Assembly: GCA_963785725.1 (NCBI GenBank)
Contig: CAWAWS010000007.1
Span: forward strand, 384,001-448,000
Reading direction: 5' to 3'
DNA from: an uncultured delta proteobacterium
GTDB taxonomy: Bacteria > Myxococcota_A > Polyangia > Palsa-1104
DNA: 64,000 bases
Shown in pieces: positions 9,274 to 19,768 of this stretch (positions within the stretch are counted from its first letter, which is position 1; each line of letters opens with the position of its first letter). The notes beneath the pieces are model-generated. The model saw only the letters and a list, made by a program, of their open reading frames with translations. It did not search any database and had not been told where the DNA came from. A program made the position numbers and the translations under genes.

Positions 9274-10335
9274 TTACGAGGCGGCGGCGGGATGTGTCGG
9301 CGTGGCGCTGGGAGGTGCCACCTTTGTGACTTCTGCCAACAGCACGGTCGCGTAAGCGCCCGGCGGCAGCATGAACTCGAGCACGATCGCGTCCGCCGAG
9401 TCGCCGGCGCGCACGGCCGCCGACGCCACCGGCACCGTCAGCGGGCGACGCGTGCCTTCGGCGAGCCGGCCGAGCACGACGAAGGTCGCGGCGTCGATCT
9501 GCTCCTCGGCCAAGATCTTCTGCTCGCGCGCGCCGGCCGGCGTTTCCGGCGGCGGCGCCATCATCTTGTGGCCGAACATCGGGCCGGTCACGACGAGCGC
9601 GCGCGCCGACAGCCGCGCCTGCGCGTCCGCCAGCGACGTCGCGTCGACGGTAAAGAGGCCGCCGGTGTCGCTCTTCTTGAGCACGTCGCCTTCCAGAGCC
9701 GTCGTCATCAGCGCGTCGTCGATGCGCGCGTCCAAGAAGCGGTTGAACAGCTCCGACTGATAGGCGCTCACGAGCATGCGCTTCTCCGTCGGTGGCACGC
9801 GGCGCGTCGAGGTCAGGAGCTGCTTGCCGCGCACGGCATTGTCGCCGCGCGCGCCGAACCGCTGCGGGCCGAAGTAGTTGGGCAGCCCATCGGTGACGAG
9901 CTTGGCGACGATCGCCTGCGCGCGGGCGATCGCGTCGGGGCCGACGCCGCGCACCGTGATCGTGAAGTGGTTGCCGGCGAGGTGACCGGTGCGCAGCTTG
10001 TTGCCGTGACGCGCGGCGGCCAGCACGCGCACGCCTTCCACGGCCGTCGCCAGCGCGCGCTCGGGCTCGAGGTTGGGCAGCGAGATCCACTGTCGCGTCA
10101 GCGCTTGGCGATCTTTTTGCCCGGCGACGCCGGCTTCGTTGGGCTTGATGGCCAAGGCGCGACACATTCGCGCCACCGCTTCGGCCGTCGTCAGGCCGCG
10201 CTTTTCGATGTGCACGAACGTATGGCTGCCTTCGCCCGACGGCGAATAGGCGGGCAGCTCGTCGACGATGAAGTCCTCGGGCGTAGTCTTGGCGGCGCCG
10301 CCCGTGCCGGGCAGGTCGCGCGTGGTCAGGCGCAT
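9274..10335 (-). CDS. truD: tRNA pseudouridine(13) synthase TruD
   Basis: PEDFIVDE, AGQKDRQALTRQWIS, GHLAGNHF, PNYFGPQRFG, FMLPPGAYATVLL. Confidence 0.95.
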   Translation of the reverse strand: MRLTTRDLPGTGGAAKTTPEDFIVDELPAYSPSGEGSHTFVHIEKRGLTTAEAVARMCRALAIKPNEAGVAGQKDRQALTRQWISLPNLEPERALATAVEGVRVLAAARHGNKLRTGHLAGNHFTITVRGVGPDAIARAQAIVAKLVTDGLPNYFGPQRFGARGDNAVRGKQLLTSTRRVPPTEKRMLVSAYQSELFNRFLDARIDDALMTTALEGDVLKKSDTGGLFTVDATSLADAQARLSARALVVTGPMFGHKMMAPPPETPAGAREQKILAEEQIDAATFVVLGRLAEGTRRPLTVPVASAAVRAGDSADAIVLEFMLPPGAYATVLLAEVTKVAPPSATPTHPAAAS

Positions 10336-10342
10336 TCGGCGC

Positions 10343-10350
10343 AGTATACT
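10343..10350. promoter_or_regulatory. Symmetric -10 element (AGTATACT), putative bidirectional leaderless promoter
   Basis: TATACT on both strands, 6 nt from ATG 10357 (+) and 7 nt from ATG 10335 (-). Confidence 0.65.
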
Positions 10351-10356
10351 CAAGCG

Positions 10357-11289
10357 ATGAGGCCGCTCGTCGCAATCGTCTTCGCCGTCGCTGCCGCTGG
10401 TGTCGCCGGCGGTTGCGCGCATGCTCCGACGACGATGGCGCCGGTGGCCGCGCCCGCTGCCGACGCCGACAAGGGCGCGCATGAGCCGATCGCGCTGCCG
10501 CATCGCGTGGTCGATTGCCAATCGGGCGACGAGCTGTCCGATCGCGCGCTCGACGACAAGCTGCGCGCGGCGCGCGTCATCTACGTCGGCGAGGAGCATC
10601 CCAATCCGCACCATCACGCGGCGGAAGTGGAGGTCCTCGAGCGCACCTACGCGGCCGAGCCGTCGGTGGGGCTCGGGCTCGAGATGCTGCCGCGGACGAT
10701 GCAGGACGCGCTCGACGGCTACCTCAACGGCACGCTCGACGAAGCGGCGTTCCTAAAAGCGGTCGATTGGGAGCACACGTGGGGCTTCGACTACGGGTTC
10801 TATCGGCCGCTGCTCGAGTTCTGTCGCACGCATCATCTGCCGGTGTTCGCGCTGAACGCGCCGCCCGGGCTGGCGCACGCCATCGCCAAAGGTGGGATCG
10901 AGAGCCTGACCGACGAGCAGAAGCGCGCGCTGCCGGAGATGAAGCCGGGTCCCGAGGCGCATCGCGAGCTCGTGCGTGAGGCGTTCGCGCAGCATCCGCA
11001 CGGCAAATTCGACGCCGCCAAGTTCGAGCGCTTCTATCTGGCGCAGCTGGCGTGGGACGAGACGATGGCGGAGCGGGTGGCGGCGGCGCTGAAGACGGCG
11101 ACGGCGCCGGCGCGGCTCGTCGTCGTCGCCGGCGAAGGGCACACGCACAGCTTCGCCATTCCCGACCGCGCGCTGCGCCGTGGCGCGGCGCCCTATCTGA
11201 CGATTCTGCCGGTCTTGGACACGGACGAGGCCGACGCGCGCAGCGATCACGTCGCCGACGTCTTGTGGGTCTTGCGCACCAGCCGTTGA
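10357..11289 (+). CDS. ChaN family (heme/iron-uptake) lipoprotein
   Basis: Lipobox AGGC; VIYVGEEHPNPHHH, GLEMLPR, YRPLLEF, AQLAWDETMA, VVAGEGH. Confidence 0.85.
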   Translation: MRPLVAIVFAVAAAGVAGGCAHAPTTMAPVAAPAADADKGAHEPIALPHRVVDCQSGDELSDRALDDKLRAARVIYVGEEHPNPHHHAAEVEVLERTYAAEPSVGLGLEMLPRTMQDALDGYLNGTLDEAAFLKAVDWEHTWGFDYGFYRPLLEFCRTHHLPVFALNAPPGLAHAIAKGGIESLTDEQKRALPEMKPGPEAHRELVREAFAQHPHGKFDAAKFERFYLAQLAWDETMAERVAAALKTATAPARLVVVAGEGHTHSFAIPDRALRRGAAPYLTILPVLDTDEADARSDHVADVLWVLRTSR

Positions 11290-11632
11290 AGGAGCCGGCG
11301 CGTCGCGGATGGGCGCGGCATTCACCGAAGTCGCCGAACGCCAACGCCCTACGGATCTTGCCCGTCCTCCGACGCCACAGCGGCCGCAGTCGTTCGACGA
11401 CCCAGCGGCATTCGACGACGCGGCGGCGTGCGACGACTGCGGCGGTGTTGTTCGACGCCGCGCGGCGTTTGATGGCGCCACGGCCGCCGCAGTAGCGGCT
11501 GAAGTCGGTCGACTGCCTGCGTGCGCTCGGCGATTGTGTGCCGGCGAAGTCGGCTCGGCTTATGTCGCGCGCGTGGGCTGCTGACGCGACGCAGCGGTGT
11601 CCCCGCGGCAACATTGGGGACACTCATCGGAC

Positions 11633-12745
11633 ATGTTAAGTAAATACTTACTTCAGGGGGCGTTGCTGGCTTTGGTCGCTTCGGGCTGTGGCCCTTCGAC
11701 CGGCGGCGGCGGTGGTGGTGGCGGCAACAACGGCGGCGGCGGCGGCGCCAGCGGCGGAGGTGGCGGTCTCGGAAATGCCGGCGGTACCGGCACCGGCGGT
11801 AACGGCGGCGGCTCTAGCGGCGGCGGCATGGGCAGCGGCGGCGGCATGGGCAGCGGCGGCGGAACGGGCAGCGGCGGCGGGACGGGCAGCGGCGGTGGGA
11901 CGGGCAGCGGCGTGCTCTACGACGGCGACGGGCCCTACAGTTACACGAGCCAATCGATCGCCGTCACGAGCCCGAACGGCAGCTTCACGATCGTCGCCTA
12001 TGTGCCGTCGACGAAGGTGCTGCACGCGGTCGTCATGCTGTCGTCGGGCTTTCAGCAGCCGGCGGCGGCCTACGCGCCGTATGGCGAGCGGCTGGCGTCG
12101 TGGGGCATCGTGACGCTCCTGCGCGACGACCCGGGCGTGCTCGGCGAGAGCTACGACAAGATCGTCGCCGACCTCGGCTGGATCGTGACGACGTGGCTGC
12201 CGGCGCAGCAGACGTCGGGACCGCTGGCCGGGCTCGTCGACGCCAGCAACGTCGGGTTCGCCGGCCATTCGCGCGGCGGGCAGAACTCGCTGTTCGCGCT
12301 GGAGCAGGGCGCAAAAGGGCTGGTCCGGGCGTTCTTCGGCATCGATCCCGTCGACAGCTCGCAGAGCGGCGCCGAGGCGCGCACCAACCTGTCGACGATT
12401 GGCATTCCCACGATCTTCCTCGGCGAGACCACCGACGGTGGCGGCTGCGCGCCCACGGCCGACAATTATCAGGTCTTGTACGGCGTCGCGCCCACGCCGT
12501 CGACGCTGATCACCGTCGTCAACGCCGATCACACGATGTTCGAAGACCCGTCGAGCTGCGCGTTTTGCACGCTCTGCACCGCCGGCACCGCCAACGCGAT
12601 GACCGTGCTCGCGCAGACCAAGCGCTACCTCATGGCCTTCTTCGCCTATCAGCTGCTCGGCGACAAAGCCGTCGGGCCGACGCTCGCCGGCGCCGGCCTC
12701 GCCGCCGATGCGACGGCCGGGCTCGTGCAAACGATGTCGAAGTGA
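11633..12745 (+). CDS. Lipoprotein alpha/beta hydrolase (chlorophyllase/cutinase-like) with Gly-rich linker
   Basis: Lipobox ASGC; LASWG, GHSRGG nucleophile elbow, IDPVD, ADHTMFED. Confidence 0.8.
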   Translation: MLSKYLLQGALLALVASGCGPSTGGGGGGGGNNGGGGGASGGGGGLGNAGGTGTGGNGGGSSGGGMGSGGGMGSGGGTGSGGGTGSGGGTGSGVLYDGDGPYSYTSQSIAVTSPNGSFTIVAYVPSTKVLHAVVMLSSGFQQPAAAYAPYGERLASWGIVTLLRDDPGVLGESYDKIVADLGWIVTTWLPAQQTSGPLAGLVDASNVGFAGHSRGGQNSLFALEQGAKGLVRAFFGIDPVDSSQSGAEARTNLSTIGIPTIFLGETTDGGGCAPTADNYQVLYGVAPTPSTLITVVNADHTMFEDPSSCAFCTLCTAGTANAMTVLAQTKRYLMAFFAYQLLGDKAVGPTLAGAGLAADATAGLVQTMSK

Positions 12746-12765
12746 ACGCCTAGTTGCTGCTGCAA

Positions 12766-12906
12766 TTGGGGGCGCGCGTCGGTGCGGTGCGCGTGCGCCC
12801 GCGATAAACCAACGATCGGCGTGCCCAACTACACGATGGCCGATTCCGACGGAGCGGCCTCGCGGGCGGGCACAGCCCGCCCGCGCGAGCCCGCCGTGCC
12901 GTAAAC
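12766..12906 (+). repeat. Dispersed ~150-bp element, copy 2
   Basis: ttgggggcgcgcgtcggtgcggtgcgcgtgcgcccgcgataaacc...gatggccgattccgacggagcg...cgccgtgccgtaaacc. Confidence 0.8.
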
Positions 12907-12925
12907 CCCAACGCGACCGTCCCGA

Positions 12926-13135
12926 AATGCACGCCGCAGCCACGAATGCGCGCCGCAGCCACGAATGCGCGCCGCAGCCACGAATGCGCGCCGCAGCCAC
13001 GAATGCGCGCCGCAGCTACGAATGCGCGCCGCAGCCACGAATGCGCGCCGCAGTCACGAATACGCGCCGGCAGCTACGACATGCGCGCCGGCGGCTACGA
13101 CATGCGCACCGGCGGCCGCGGCATGCGCGCCGGTT
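12926..13135. repeat. Minisatellite: about 7-8 x 19 bp (aatgcgcgccgcagccacg) followed by ~21-bp variants
   Basis: Directly visible tandem units. Confidence 0.9.
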
Positions 13136-13140
13136 GCCGG

Positions 13141-13839
13141 CTACCCCTTCAAAATATCGAGGTACATCCGGCAGCTCTTGTTCCCCGGCTCCTCGGCCAA
13201 CACCGACTCCCACTCGGCCTTGGCCTCGTCCTTGCGCCCCAGCGAATACAAGGTCACGCCCAAATTGACCCTCGCCGGCACGTACTTCGGCGACTGCTGC
13301 TTCACCTGCTGATACTCCGCGACCGCCGCTTCCTTGTCGCCCATATCGCGCAGCGTCGCCGCCAACTTCGTCCGAATGTCGATGAACGTCGGACACAGAT
13401 CGAGCGCGCGCCGATATTCCCGCGCCGCCTCCTCGTTCATGCCGATGCCCGCATACGCGTCCGCGACCCGCGCGTGCATGTTCGCGATCTTGCCTTTCGC
13501 GAACGGGTCCAACTGCCGCGGCTGCGCCCGCGAGCGCGCGATCGCATGCGCGTAGACATCCTTCGCCTGCTGATATTTCCCGAGGTCGTTATAGGTAACG
13601 GCCAAATTCAAGGCCGCTTCCGTGTAATTCGGGTTGATCACCAGCGCCTGCTCGAACAGCTCTTGCGCCTGCGTGAAGTGGCCGTGACCGTGCTGGATGA
13701 CGCCGAGCATGTTGAACATGTCGGCGAATCCCTGATGCTCGCGCACGATCTGCTGGAGGATCGGCTCCGCCTGGTCGTACTCGCGATTCTCGTAGTGCTC
13801 ACGCGCGAGGTGCATCAGGTTACGCAGCCGTTCGTCCAT
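13141..13839 (-). CDS. Tetratricopeptide repeat protein
   Basis: Multiple TPR motifs (ALVINPNYTEAALNLAVTYNDLG; PKYVPARVNLGVTLYSLG). Confidence 0.9.
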   Translation of the reverse strand: MDERLRNLMHLAREHYENREYDQAEPILQQIVREHQGFADMFNMLGVIQHGHGHFTQAQELFEQALVINPNYTEAALNLAVTYNDLGKYQQAKDVYAHAIARSRAQPRQLDPFAKGKIANMHARVADAYAGIGMNEEAAREYRRALDLCPTFIDIRTKLAATLRDMGDKEAAVAEYQQVKQQSPKYVPARVNLGVTLYSLGRKDEAKAEWESVLAEEPGNKSCRMYLDILKG

Positions 13840-13859
13840 GAATCTCCTTTAACTTCCCG

Positions 13860-14675
13860 TCAGAGGCGCGAGCCGTACCGCTTGTCGATGAACGCGATGT
13901 AGAGCCGCGCCTTCTCCGACCGATAATCGTCGGGGTGGGTCGCAGCCAGCCGGACGAACGTCGCGCGCGCTTCGCCCGGCTTCTCCATTTTCAAATATAC
14001 GCGGCCCAACAGCAACATGATTTCCGGCTCACGCTGCGCGCCCGGATATTGGCGAATGATGCCTTCGAGCCGCCCGATCGCCGAGAACGGATGATTGTTG
14101 CGCAAGTAGAAGTCGGCCACGTACAGCTCGTGGTCGGTCAGCTTGCGGATGCACTCGCCGATGAGCTTGCGCGCTTCGATGGCGTAGTTCGTCTCGCCGT
14201 ATTGATCGGTGAACGCCGTCAGCTCGCGCAGCGCGTCGATGACCGGGCCCTGATCTTTTTCGTACGACGGCGGCAGGATGAACCAGTCGCTCGGGATCTC
14301 GCGATAGTAGCCGTAGCCGATGCGGAAGGCGCAGTAGCCGTCCTGCACGCGCTCGTTGCCGGGGTGCGCCTTGATGAAGTTCTTGTAGTCGTCGATCGCC
14401 TCGACGAACTTCTCGTGGCCGAACTCGCTGTCGGCGAGGCCGAGCTCGGCCATCGTCGCCCAGCGGCTGAAGCCGAACGTCGAGCGCACGTGGCGGAAAT
14501 ACTGCTCGGCCGTGATCCAGTTCTTCTCCTTCAGCTCCTTCACACCCTTTTCGTAGTTCTGCTGGGCAGTCGGATAGAAGTTCGGGACCGAGCGGAGGAA
14601 GCTGTTGGCTTCACCGGCACAGGCAGTGGCGAGAAAAGCCGCGAGCACAGCGGCGATGACGTTTCGGTACGACAT
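13860..14675 (-). CDS. bamD: Outer membrane protein assembly factor BamD
   Basis: Lipobox LATAC; TPR pattern AELGLADSEF...AIDDYKNFIKAHP; KDQ; HELYVADFY. Confidence 0.85.
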   Translation of the reverse strand: MSYRNVIAAVLAAFLATACAGEANSFLRSVPNFYPTAQQNYEKGVKELKEKNWITAEQYFRHVRSTFGFSRWATMAELGLADSEFGHEKFVEAIDDYKNFIKAHPGNERVQDGYCAFRIGYGYYREIPSDWFILPPSYEKDQGPVIDALRELTAFTDQYGETNYAIEARKLIGECIRKLTDHELYVADFYLRNNHPFSAIGRLEGIIRQYPGAQREPEIMLLLGRVYLKMEKPGEARATFVRLAATHPDDYRSEKARLYIAFIDKRYGSRL

Positions 14676-14736
14676 GAACGGCCAATCCTCCTCGGCAGAC
14701 CCGCGCCTGTCAAAGCAAATGGTGTACGATGCGCCG

Positions 14737-15477
14737 ATGCCGCGCCTGGTTGCCTGTCTCGCCCTCGGTCTCGTCGTCGGCTGTGCGACTACTTCGCGAA
14801 CCGAGCTGCCGCGTCCGCCCGAGCCCACGGATGGTCCGCTGCAGACGGCGGGCGCGCGCTGCGCCGGCGGCGTCTGCAAGTGCCGCCCGGTCGACGACTT
14901 CGGCCGCGGCATGGAGGGCAACACCGCCGTCGAAGGCGACGTGGCGCCGGGCAAAAAGCGCTTCGAATTCCGCACCGGACGCGGCTTCGAGAACGTGCGC
15001 GTGACGATCGACAGCCAAGGCACGCTCGTCAAAGACACGACGCAGGTCGAGCCCACGTGCGGCTACGTCGATCTGCCGCCCGGTCGTCACGCGGTCAAGC
15101 TGCGCGTCGTCGCCACCGACAAGAGCCAAGGCATTCACCCGCGCCTGCTCATCGGCGAATTCGGCGTCAAGACGACCGATTGGTACGACATCTTCGCCTT
15201 CGCCTGCGGCGCGACCGGGCCCTGCATCAAGGACGACATGAAGATCTGGCTCGACCAGGCGCGCGCCGTGCCGCGCGGCCTCTTCGACAAGTGCAGCTCG
15301 ACGCGCGTCGAGGGCTTGCGCTGGTCCGTCGAGCACTCGCCCGAGCAGACGCTGGAAGATCTGACGCTGGAGCTGGTGCTGCACGTCTATAAATTCGAGC
15401 CGCGGTTCAAGCACGGCACGCCCAGCTGCAAAGGGCTGAGCGGCGGCACCTCGGCCGAGGACGAGCTGGCGCAGTGA
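14737..15477 (+). CDS. Hypothetical Cys-containing lipoprotein
   Basis: Lipobox VVGC; GC-rich codon usage. Confidence 0.7.
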   Translation: MPRLVACLALGLVVGCATTSRTELPRPPEPTDGPLQTAGARCAGGVCKCRPVDDFGRGMEGNTAVEGDVAPGKKRFEFRTGRGFENVRVTIDSQGTLVKDTTQVEPTCGYVDLPPGRHAVKLRVVATDKSQGIHPRLLIGEFGVKTTDWYDIFAFACGATGPCIKDDMKIWLDQARAVPRGLFDKCSSTRVEGLRWSVEHSPEQTLEDLTLELVLHVYKFEPRFKHGTPSCKGLSGGTSAEDELAQ

Positions 15478-15535
15478 CGGCGAGGCTCGCCTTTCCTTGC
15501 GCCGTCAGGCGGAGGCGAGGGCCGGGGAGGCTGCG

Positions 15536-16093
15536 TTGACCGCGCGGCTTTGCGGCGCGGTCGTGCTCGTCGCGCTCCTGTCGGCGGCGTCGCCGGCGCA
15601 CGCGCAGGCGGCGGCGTGGCTGCGCGAGCGCATCAACACCGAGTGGCTGGTCGCCGCCGGCGGTTGGCGCACGGCCGTCGGCAACGACGTGCGCGCGCCC
15701 GGCTTCGACGCCGTGGCCGGCGGCGGCGAGTTCCTGATCGGCCTCGAGGTCGGCGCCGGCTTGGCCGTCATCGGCGACGGCCGCGTCCTCGTCGGCGAAG
15801 CCGGCGGGCAGACGACCTATTTCGAGGCCTTGGGCTCGGTGGCGCTGCAGCTGCGCCTCGGTCGCGTCCGGCTGCGCGCCGGTCCGGCCGCGGGCGACGT
15901 GCGCTGGCGAACCGACTCGGCCGTGCTCGCGGGCGGCTTCTTGGCCGGCTCCATCGACCTCTTTCCGCTCGGCGGCGGCCGCCTGTCGACGACGGTGAGC
16001 GTACGCCTCGACTTCGACGCCGACATCGGCGCGCGCACGCTCCTGCCCGACGATTCGCTAGCGTTGGCCCTTGGCCTCGGCCTGCGCTATTGA
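15536..16093 (+). CDS. Hypothetical exported protein (beta-rich; start uncertain)
   Basis: Signal peptide AHA-Q; C-terminal LGLGLRY typical of beta-barrels. Confidence 0.6.
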   Translation: MTARLCGAVVLVALLSAASPAHAQAAAWLRERINTEWLVAAGGWRTAVGNDVRAPGFDAVAGGGEFLIGLEVGAGLAVIGDGRVLVGEAGGQTTYFEALGSVALQLRLGRVRLRAGPAAGDVRWRTDSAVLAGGFLAGSIDLFPLGGGRLSTTVSVRLDFDADIGARTLLPDDSLALALGLGLRY

Positions 16094-16195
16094 TGCTGAC
16101 CTTCGCTCTCAAACTTCTTGGATCCGGACCCAACGCGACTCCGCGGCTGCGATTCCGGTTGCCGCGGCCCTTTGCCGAAGTGTAATCAAGGACCC

Positions 16196-18079
16196 ATGCT
16201 CGCCCATCCTGACGCCTGGGATGTCATCGTCGTCGGAGCCGGTCATGCCGGTTGCGAAGCGGCGCTGGCGGCGGCGCGATTGGGTCGACGCACGCTGCTC
16301 ATCACCGGCGACCTCGACAAATTGGCGCAGATGTCGTGCAACCCGGCCGTCGGCGGCGTCGGCAAAGGGCACCTCGTCAAAGAGATCGACGCGCTCGGCG
16401 GCGCGATGGCGCGCGTCACCGACGCCGTCGGCATTCAGTTCCGCCGGCTCAACATGTCCAAAGGGCCGGCCGTGCGCGCGACGCGCGTGCAGTGCGACAA
16501 GGCGCGTTATCGCGTCGAGATGCGCCGCGTCGTCGAAGCGCAGCCGAACCTGGATTTGCTGCAGCAAGAGGGCGCGCGACTGCTCGTCGAGAACGACGAA
16601 ATCGTCGGGCTGGAGACGACGCTGGGGCTGCGGCTGTCGGCGCGCGCGGTCATCATCACGACGGGCACGTTCTTGCGCGGTCGCATCCACGTCGGCGACG
16701 CGCAGTACGACGGCGGTCGCGCCGGCGAAGCGCCGAGCCGCGGCCTGTCGGCGTCGCTCGAGTCGCTGGGCTTTCCGCTGGCGCGCCTGAAGACGGGCAC
16801 GCCCTGTCGCCTCGACGGTCGCAGCATCGACTGGAGCCGCTTGGAGGCGCAGCCGGGCGACGTGCCGATGCCGCAATTCTCCGACGACGGCCCGGCGCCG
16901 CCGCTGGAACAGCGCAGCTGCTACATCACGTACACGACGGACGAGACGCACGCGCTCATCCGCGCCAACTTGCATCGCTCGCCGCTGTATGGTCTCGAGC
17001 GCTCGTTGACGGGGATTGGGCCGCGCTATTGCCCATCGATCGAGGACAAAGTGGTGCGCTTTGCCGACAAGGCGCGCCATCAGATCTTCCTCGAGCCCGA
17101 AGGTCTCGACACGCACGAGGTCTATCCCAACGGCATCTCGACGTCGCTGCCGGTCGATGTGCAGCTGCAGCTCATTCGCTCGATTCCCGGGCTGGAGCGC
17201 GCGCACATGATGCGGCCGGGTTACGCCGTCGAGTACGACTTCTGCGATCCGCGGCAGCTCTCCGCGACGCTCGAGACCAAGCGGGTGCGCGGGCTGTATT
17301 TGGCGGGGCAGATCAACGGCACGTCCGGCTACGAAGAGGCGGCCGTGCAGGGCTTGCTGGCGGGCGCCAACGCGGCCTTGGCGCAGCTGGGCGCGCCGCC
17401 GCTCGTGCTCGGTCGCGATCAGGCGTACGCCGGCGTGCTCGTCGACGATCTGACGACGCAAGGCACCGACGAGCCCTACCGCATGATGACGTCGCGCGCC
17501 GAGCATCGCCTGCTCTTGCGCGAGGACAACGCCGACGAGCGCTTGACGCCGCTCGGTCGCACGCTCGGCCTCGTCGACGACGCGCGCTGGACGGCGTTCT
17601 CCGCGCGCCGCGACGCGCTGGCGAGCGAGATGTCGCGGCTGCAGGGCACGACGCTCGCGCCGTCGGCCGGCGTCAACGATCGGCTGGCGGCGCTCGGCAC
17701 GTCGCCGCTCAAGAAGCCGGTGACCTTGCTCGAGCTGTTGCGCCGCCCCGAGGTCGACTATGCGACCTTGCGCCGCGGCTTCGGCGGCGTCGACGATGCG
17801 CGCGTGGCCGAGCGGACCGAGATTCGCGTCAAATATGCCGGCTACGTCGCGCGGCAGAACGAAGAGGCAGCCAAGCTGCGCTCGCTCGAGGAGCTGGCGC
17901 TGCCGGCGACGCTCGACTACGACGGCCTCGCGGGGCTCTCCCACGAAGTCAAAGAGAAGCTGGGGCGCGTGCGCCCACGTTCGATCGGACAGGCCAGCCG
18001 CATCGCCGGAGTGACCCCGGCGGCGGTTTCGATCTTGATGGTTCACTTGCGCGCTTATCGTCGAGCGGAGGGTGCATGA
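16196..18079 (+). CDS. mnmG: tRNA uridine-5-carboxymethylaminomethyl modification enzyme MnmG (GidA)
   Basis: [56 protein letters not shown]. Confidence 0.98.
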   Translation: MLAHPDAWDVIVVGAGHAGCEAALAAARLGRRTLLITGDLDKLAQMSCNPAVGGVGKGHLVKEIDALGGAMARVTDAVGIQFRRLNMSKGPAVRATRVQCDKARYRVEMRRVVEAQPNLDLLQQEGARLLVENDEIVGLETTLGLRLSARAVIITTGTFLRGRIHVGDAQYDGGRAGEAPSRGLSASLESLGFPLARLKTGTPCRLDGRSIDWSRLEAQPGDVPMPQFSDDGPAPPLEQRSCYITYTTDETHALIRANLHRSPLYGLERSLTGIGPRYCPSIEDKVVRFADKARHQIFLEPEGLDTHEVYPNGISTSLPVDVQLQLIRSIPGLERAHMMRPGYAVEYDFCDPRQLSATLETKRVRGLYLAGQINGTSGYEEAAVQGLLAGANAALAQLGAPPLVLGRDQAYAGVLVDDLTTQGTDEPYRMMTSRAEHRLLLREDNADERLTPLGRTLGLVDDARWTAFSARRDALASEMSRLQGTTLAPSAGVNDRLAALGTSPLKKPVTLLELLRRPEVDYATLRRGFGGVDDARVAERTEIRVKYAGYVARQNEEAAKLRSLEELALPATLDYDGLAGLSHEVKEKLGRVRPRSIGQASRIAGVTPAAVSILMVHLRAYRRAEGA

Positions 18080-18107
18080 ACGAGCGGAATTCTTGCGCGG
18101 AGCAGTC

Positions 18108-19601
18108 ATGAAGCGGTCCATCGCGTCCCTGAGCTGTACGGCTGCTTTGTTGTCCTCGTCCGTCGCCTTCGCCGGCGGCTTCGAATATCCGGGCGCAGGC
18201 TCGGAGGCGCTCGGTCGCGGCGCGGCGTTCACCGCCAAAGCCGATGACGCCACGGCCTTTGACTACAACGTCGCCGGCTTTGCGCGTCAGCGCGGCACGC
18301 GGCTCCTGTTCGACAGCAACCTCATCTTCAACAGCTACAGCTTCCAGCGCACGGGCACCTATCCCGATGTGCCCAGCGCCAGCGTGCCTTACGGCGGGCA
18401 GCCTTTTCCGTCGGTGCACAACTCGGCCGGCCCCGGCTACGTGCCGACCGTCGGCGTCAGCACCGACTTCGGCTACTTCGATCGCTGGACGTTCGCGCTC
18501 GGCCTGTTCGCGCCCAACTCGGTCAGCACGCGCGACTACGGCACGACGGTGAAGCTGCCCAACGGCATGAGCGCGCCCTCGCCGGCGCGCTACGACATCA
18601 CGCGCATCGACACCGTCGTCGCCTATCCGACGATCGCCGCCGCCTTTCGCGCGACGCATTGGCTCGACATCGGCCTCGAGGCGTCGCTCGTCTACGCCAA
18701 CCTCGACCTCGGTAACGCGTCGCTGGTCTACATCAGCGGTGGTCCCAACGGCCTGTGCAAGAGCGTGGAAGCGGCCGCCTGCGACGGCATCACCGACATC
18801 AAGACGACGACCATCACCGGCACCGGCGCGCTCGGCCTCATGTTCCACCCGACGAGGACGATCGACATCGGCCTCAACGTGCGCCCGCAGATCAACATCA
18901 ACACCAAGGGCAAGGCCTACGCGACGGCGCCGCCGGCGCTGTCGCAGGTCGCCATCACGCCCGGCGCGGCCTCGTTCGATCTCAAGATGCCGACGGTCGT
19001 TCGCCTCGGCATCCGCTACGTGTTCAAGGCCGCGGACAACTTCGAGGTCGGCGACATCGAGCTCGACGGCGACTACGAGAACTGGAAGAACGCCGAAGGT
19101 ACCGGCGACCAGGTGAAGATCCCCGATCTCGATCCGCTGCAGAACCTCGATCCGACGATCACGCACCACTATCAGGACACGGGCTCGGTGCGCGTCGGCG
19201 GCGCGTACAACATGCGGCTGGCGGCGGGCGTGTTGACGTTCCGCGCCGGCTTCTTCTTCGACTCGGCGGCGACGAAGGACGCGGACACGCGCATCGACTT
19301 CGACACGATGGCCAAGTACGCGCCGACGGTCGGGCTCGGCTACACGGTGCGCGGCATCACGCTCAACGTCGGCTACGCGTACATCTGGGAGCCGGCGCGC
19401 AACGTCACCAACGGCGACATCCGGCTCATCAACGGCATCATCCAAGGCAACAACGACACCGTGCTCAGCCCCGGCGGCAAGCCCACCGACGTCATCAACA
19501 ACGGCTATTTTCAAGCGCACAACCAGATCTTGTCGGTCGGCTTGACGGTCGCGTTCGACGATCTGATCGGCCGTCACCGCCGCGTCATTCACTGGCAATA
19601 G
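18108..19601 (+). CDS. OmpP1/FadL family outer-membrane transporter
   Basis: AFAGGFEYPGAGSEALGRGAAFTAKADDATAFDYNVAG hatch-domain motif. Confidence 0.85.
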   Translation: MKRSIASLSCTAALLSSSVAFAGGFEYPGAGSEALGRGAAFTAKADDATAFDYNVAGFARQRGTRLLFDSNLIFNSYSFQRTGTYPDVPSASVPYGGQPFPSVHNSAGPGYVPTVGVSTDFGYFDRWTFALGLFAPNSVSTRDYGTTVKLPNGMSAPSPARYDITRIDTVVAYPTIAAAFRATHWLDIGLEASLVYANLDLGNASLVYISGGPNGLCKSVEAAACDGITDIKTTTITGTGALGLMFHPTRTIDIGLNVRPQININTKGKAYATAPPALSQVAITPGAASFDLKMPTVVRLGIRYVFKAADNFEVGDIELDGDYENWKNAEGTGDQVKIPDLDPLQNLDPTITHHYQDTGSVRVGGAYNMRLAAGVLTFRAGFFFDSAATKDADTRIDFDTMAKYAPTVGLGYTVRGITLNVGYAYIWEPARNVTNGDIRLINGIIQGNNDTVLSPGGKPTDVINNGYFQAHNQILSVGLTVAFDDLIGRHRRVIHWQ

Positions 19602-19725
19602 CCAAACGGCCGCGGGCGGCCCGTTCGCGTCGTTGTCGCTGCGCTCCGGTGCTCACGTACCAAAGCGTACGCTCCGCTCCGGTGCTCGCTCCGCCTAGCG
19701 CCCGGGCCGCCCGCGACCGTTTGGC
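19601..19725. repeat. 125-bp MITE/REP-like element with 23-bp terminal inverted repeats
   Basis: gccaaacggccgcgggcggcccg (19601-19623) vs cgggccgcccgcgaccgtttggc (19703-19725), 22/23 complementary; internal gctccggtgctc twice; lies between convergent genes. Confidence 0.75.
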
Positions 19726-19768
19726 CGCCGTGGGCGCAAGCTCAGATCACATTCGAGCTTAGTTAGAG

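Noticed and set aside
16196..18079. oriC next to mnmG
   Set aside because: No rsmG/parA/parB/dnaA neighbours, and no DnaA-box cluster or AT-rich unwinding element seen beside it.
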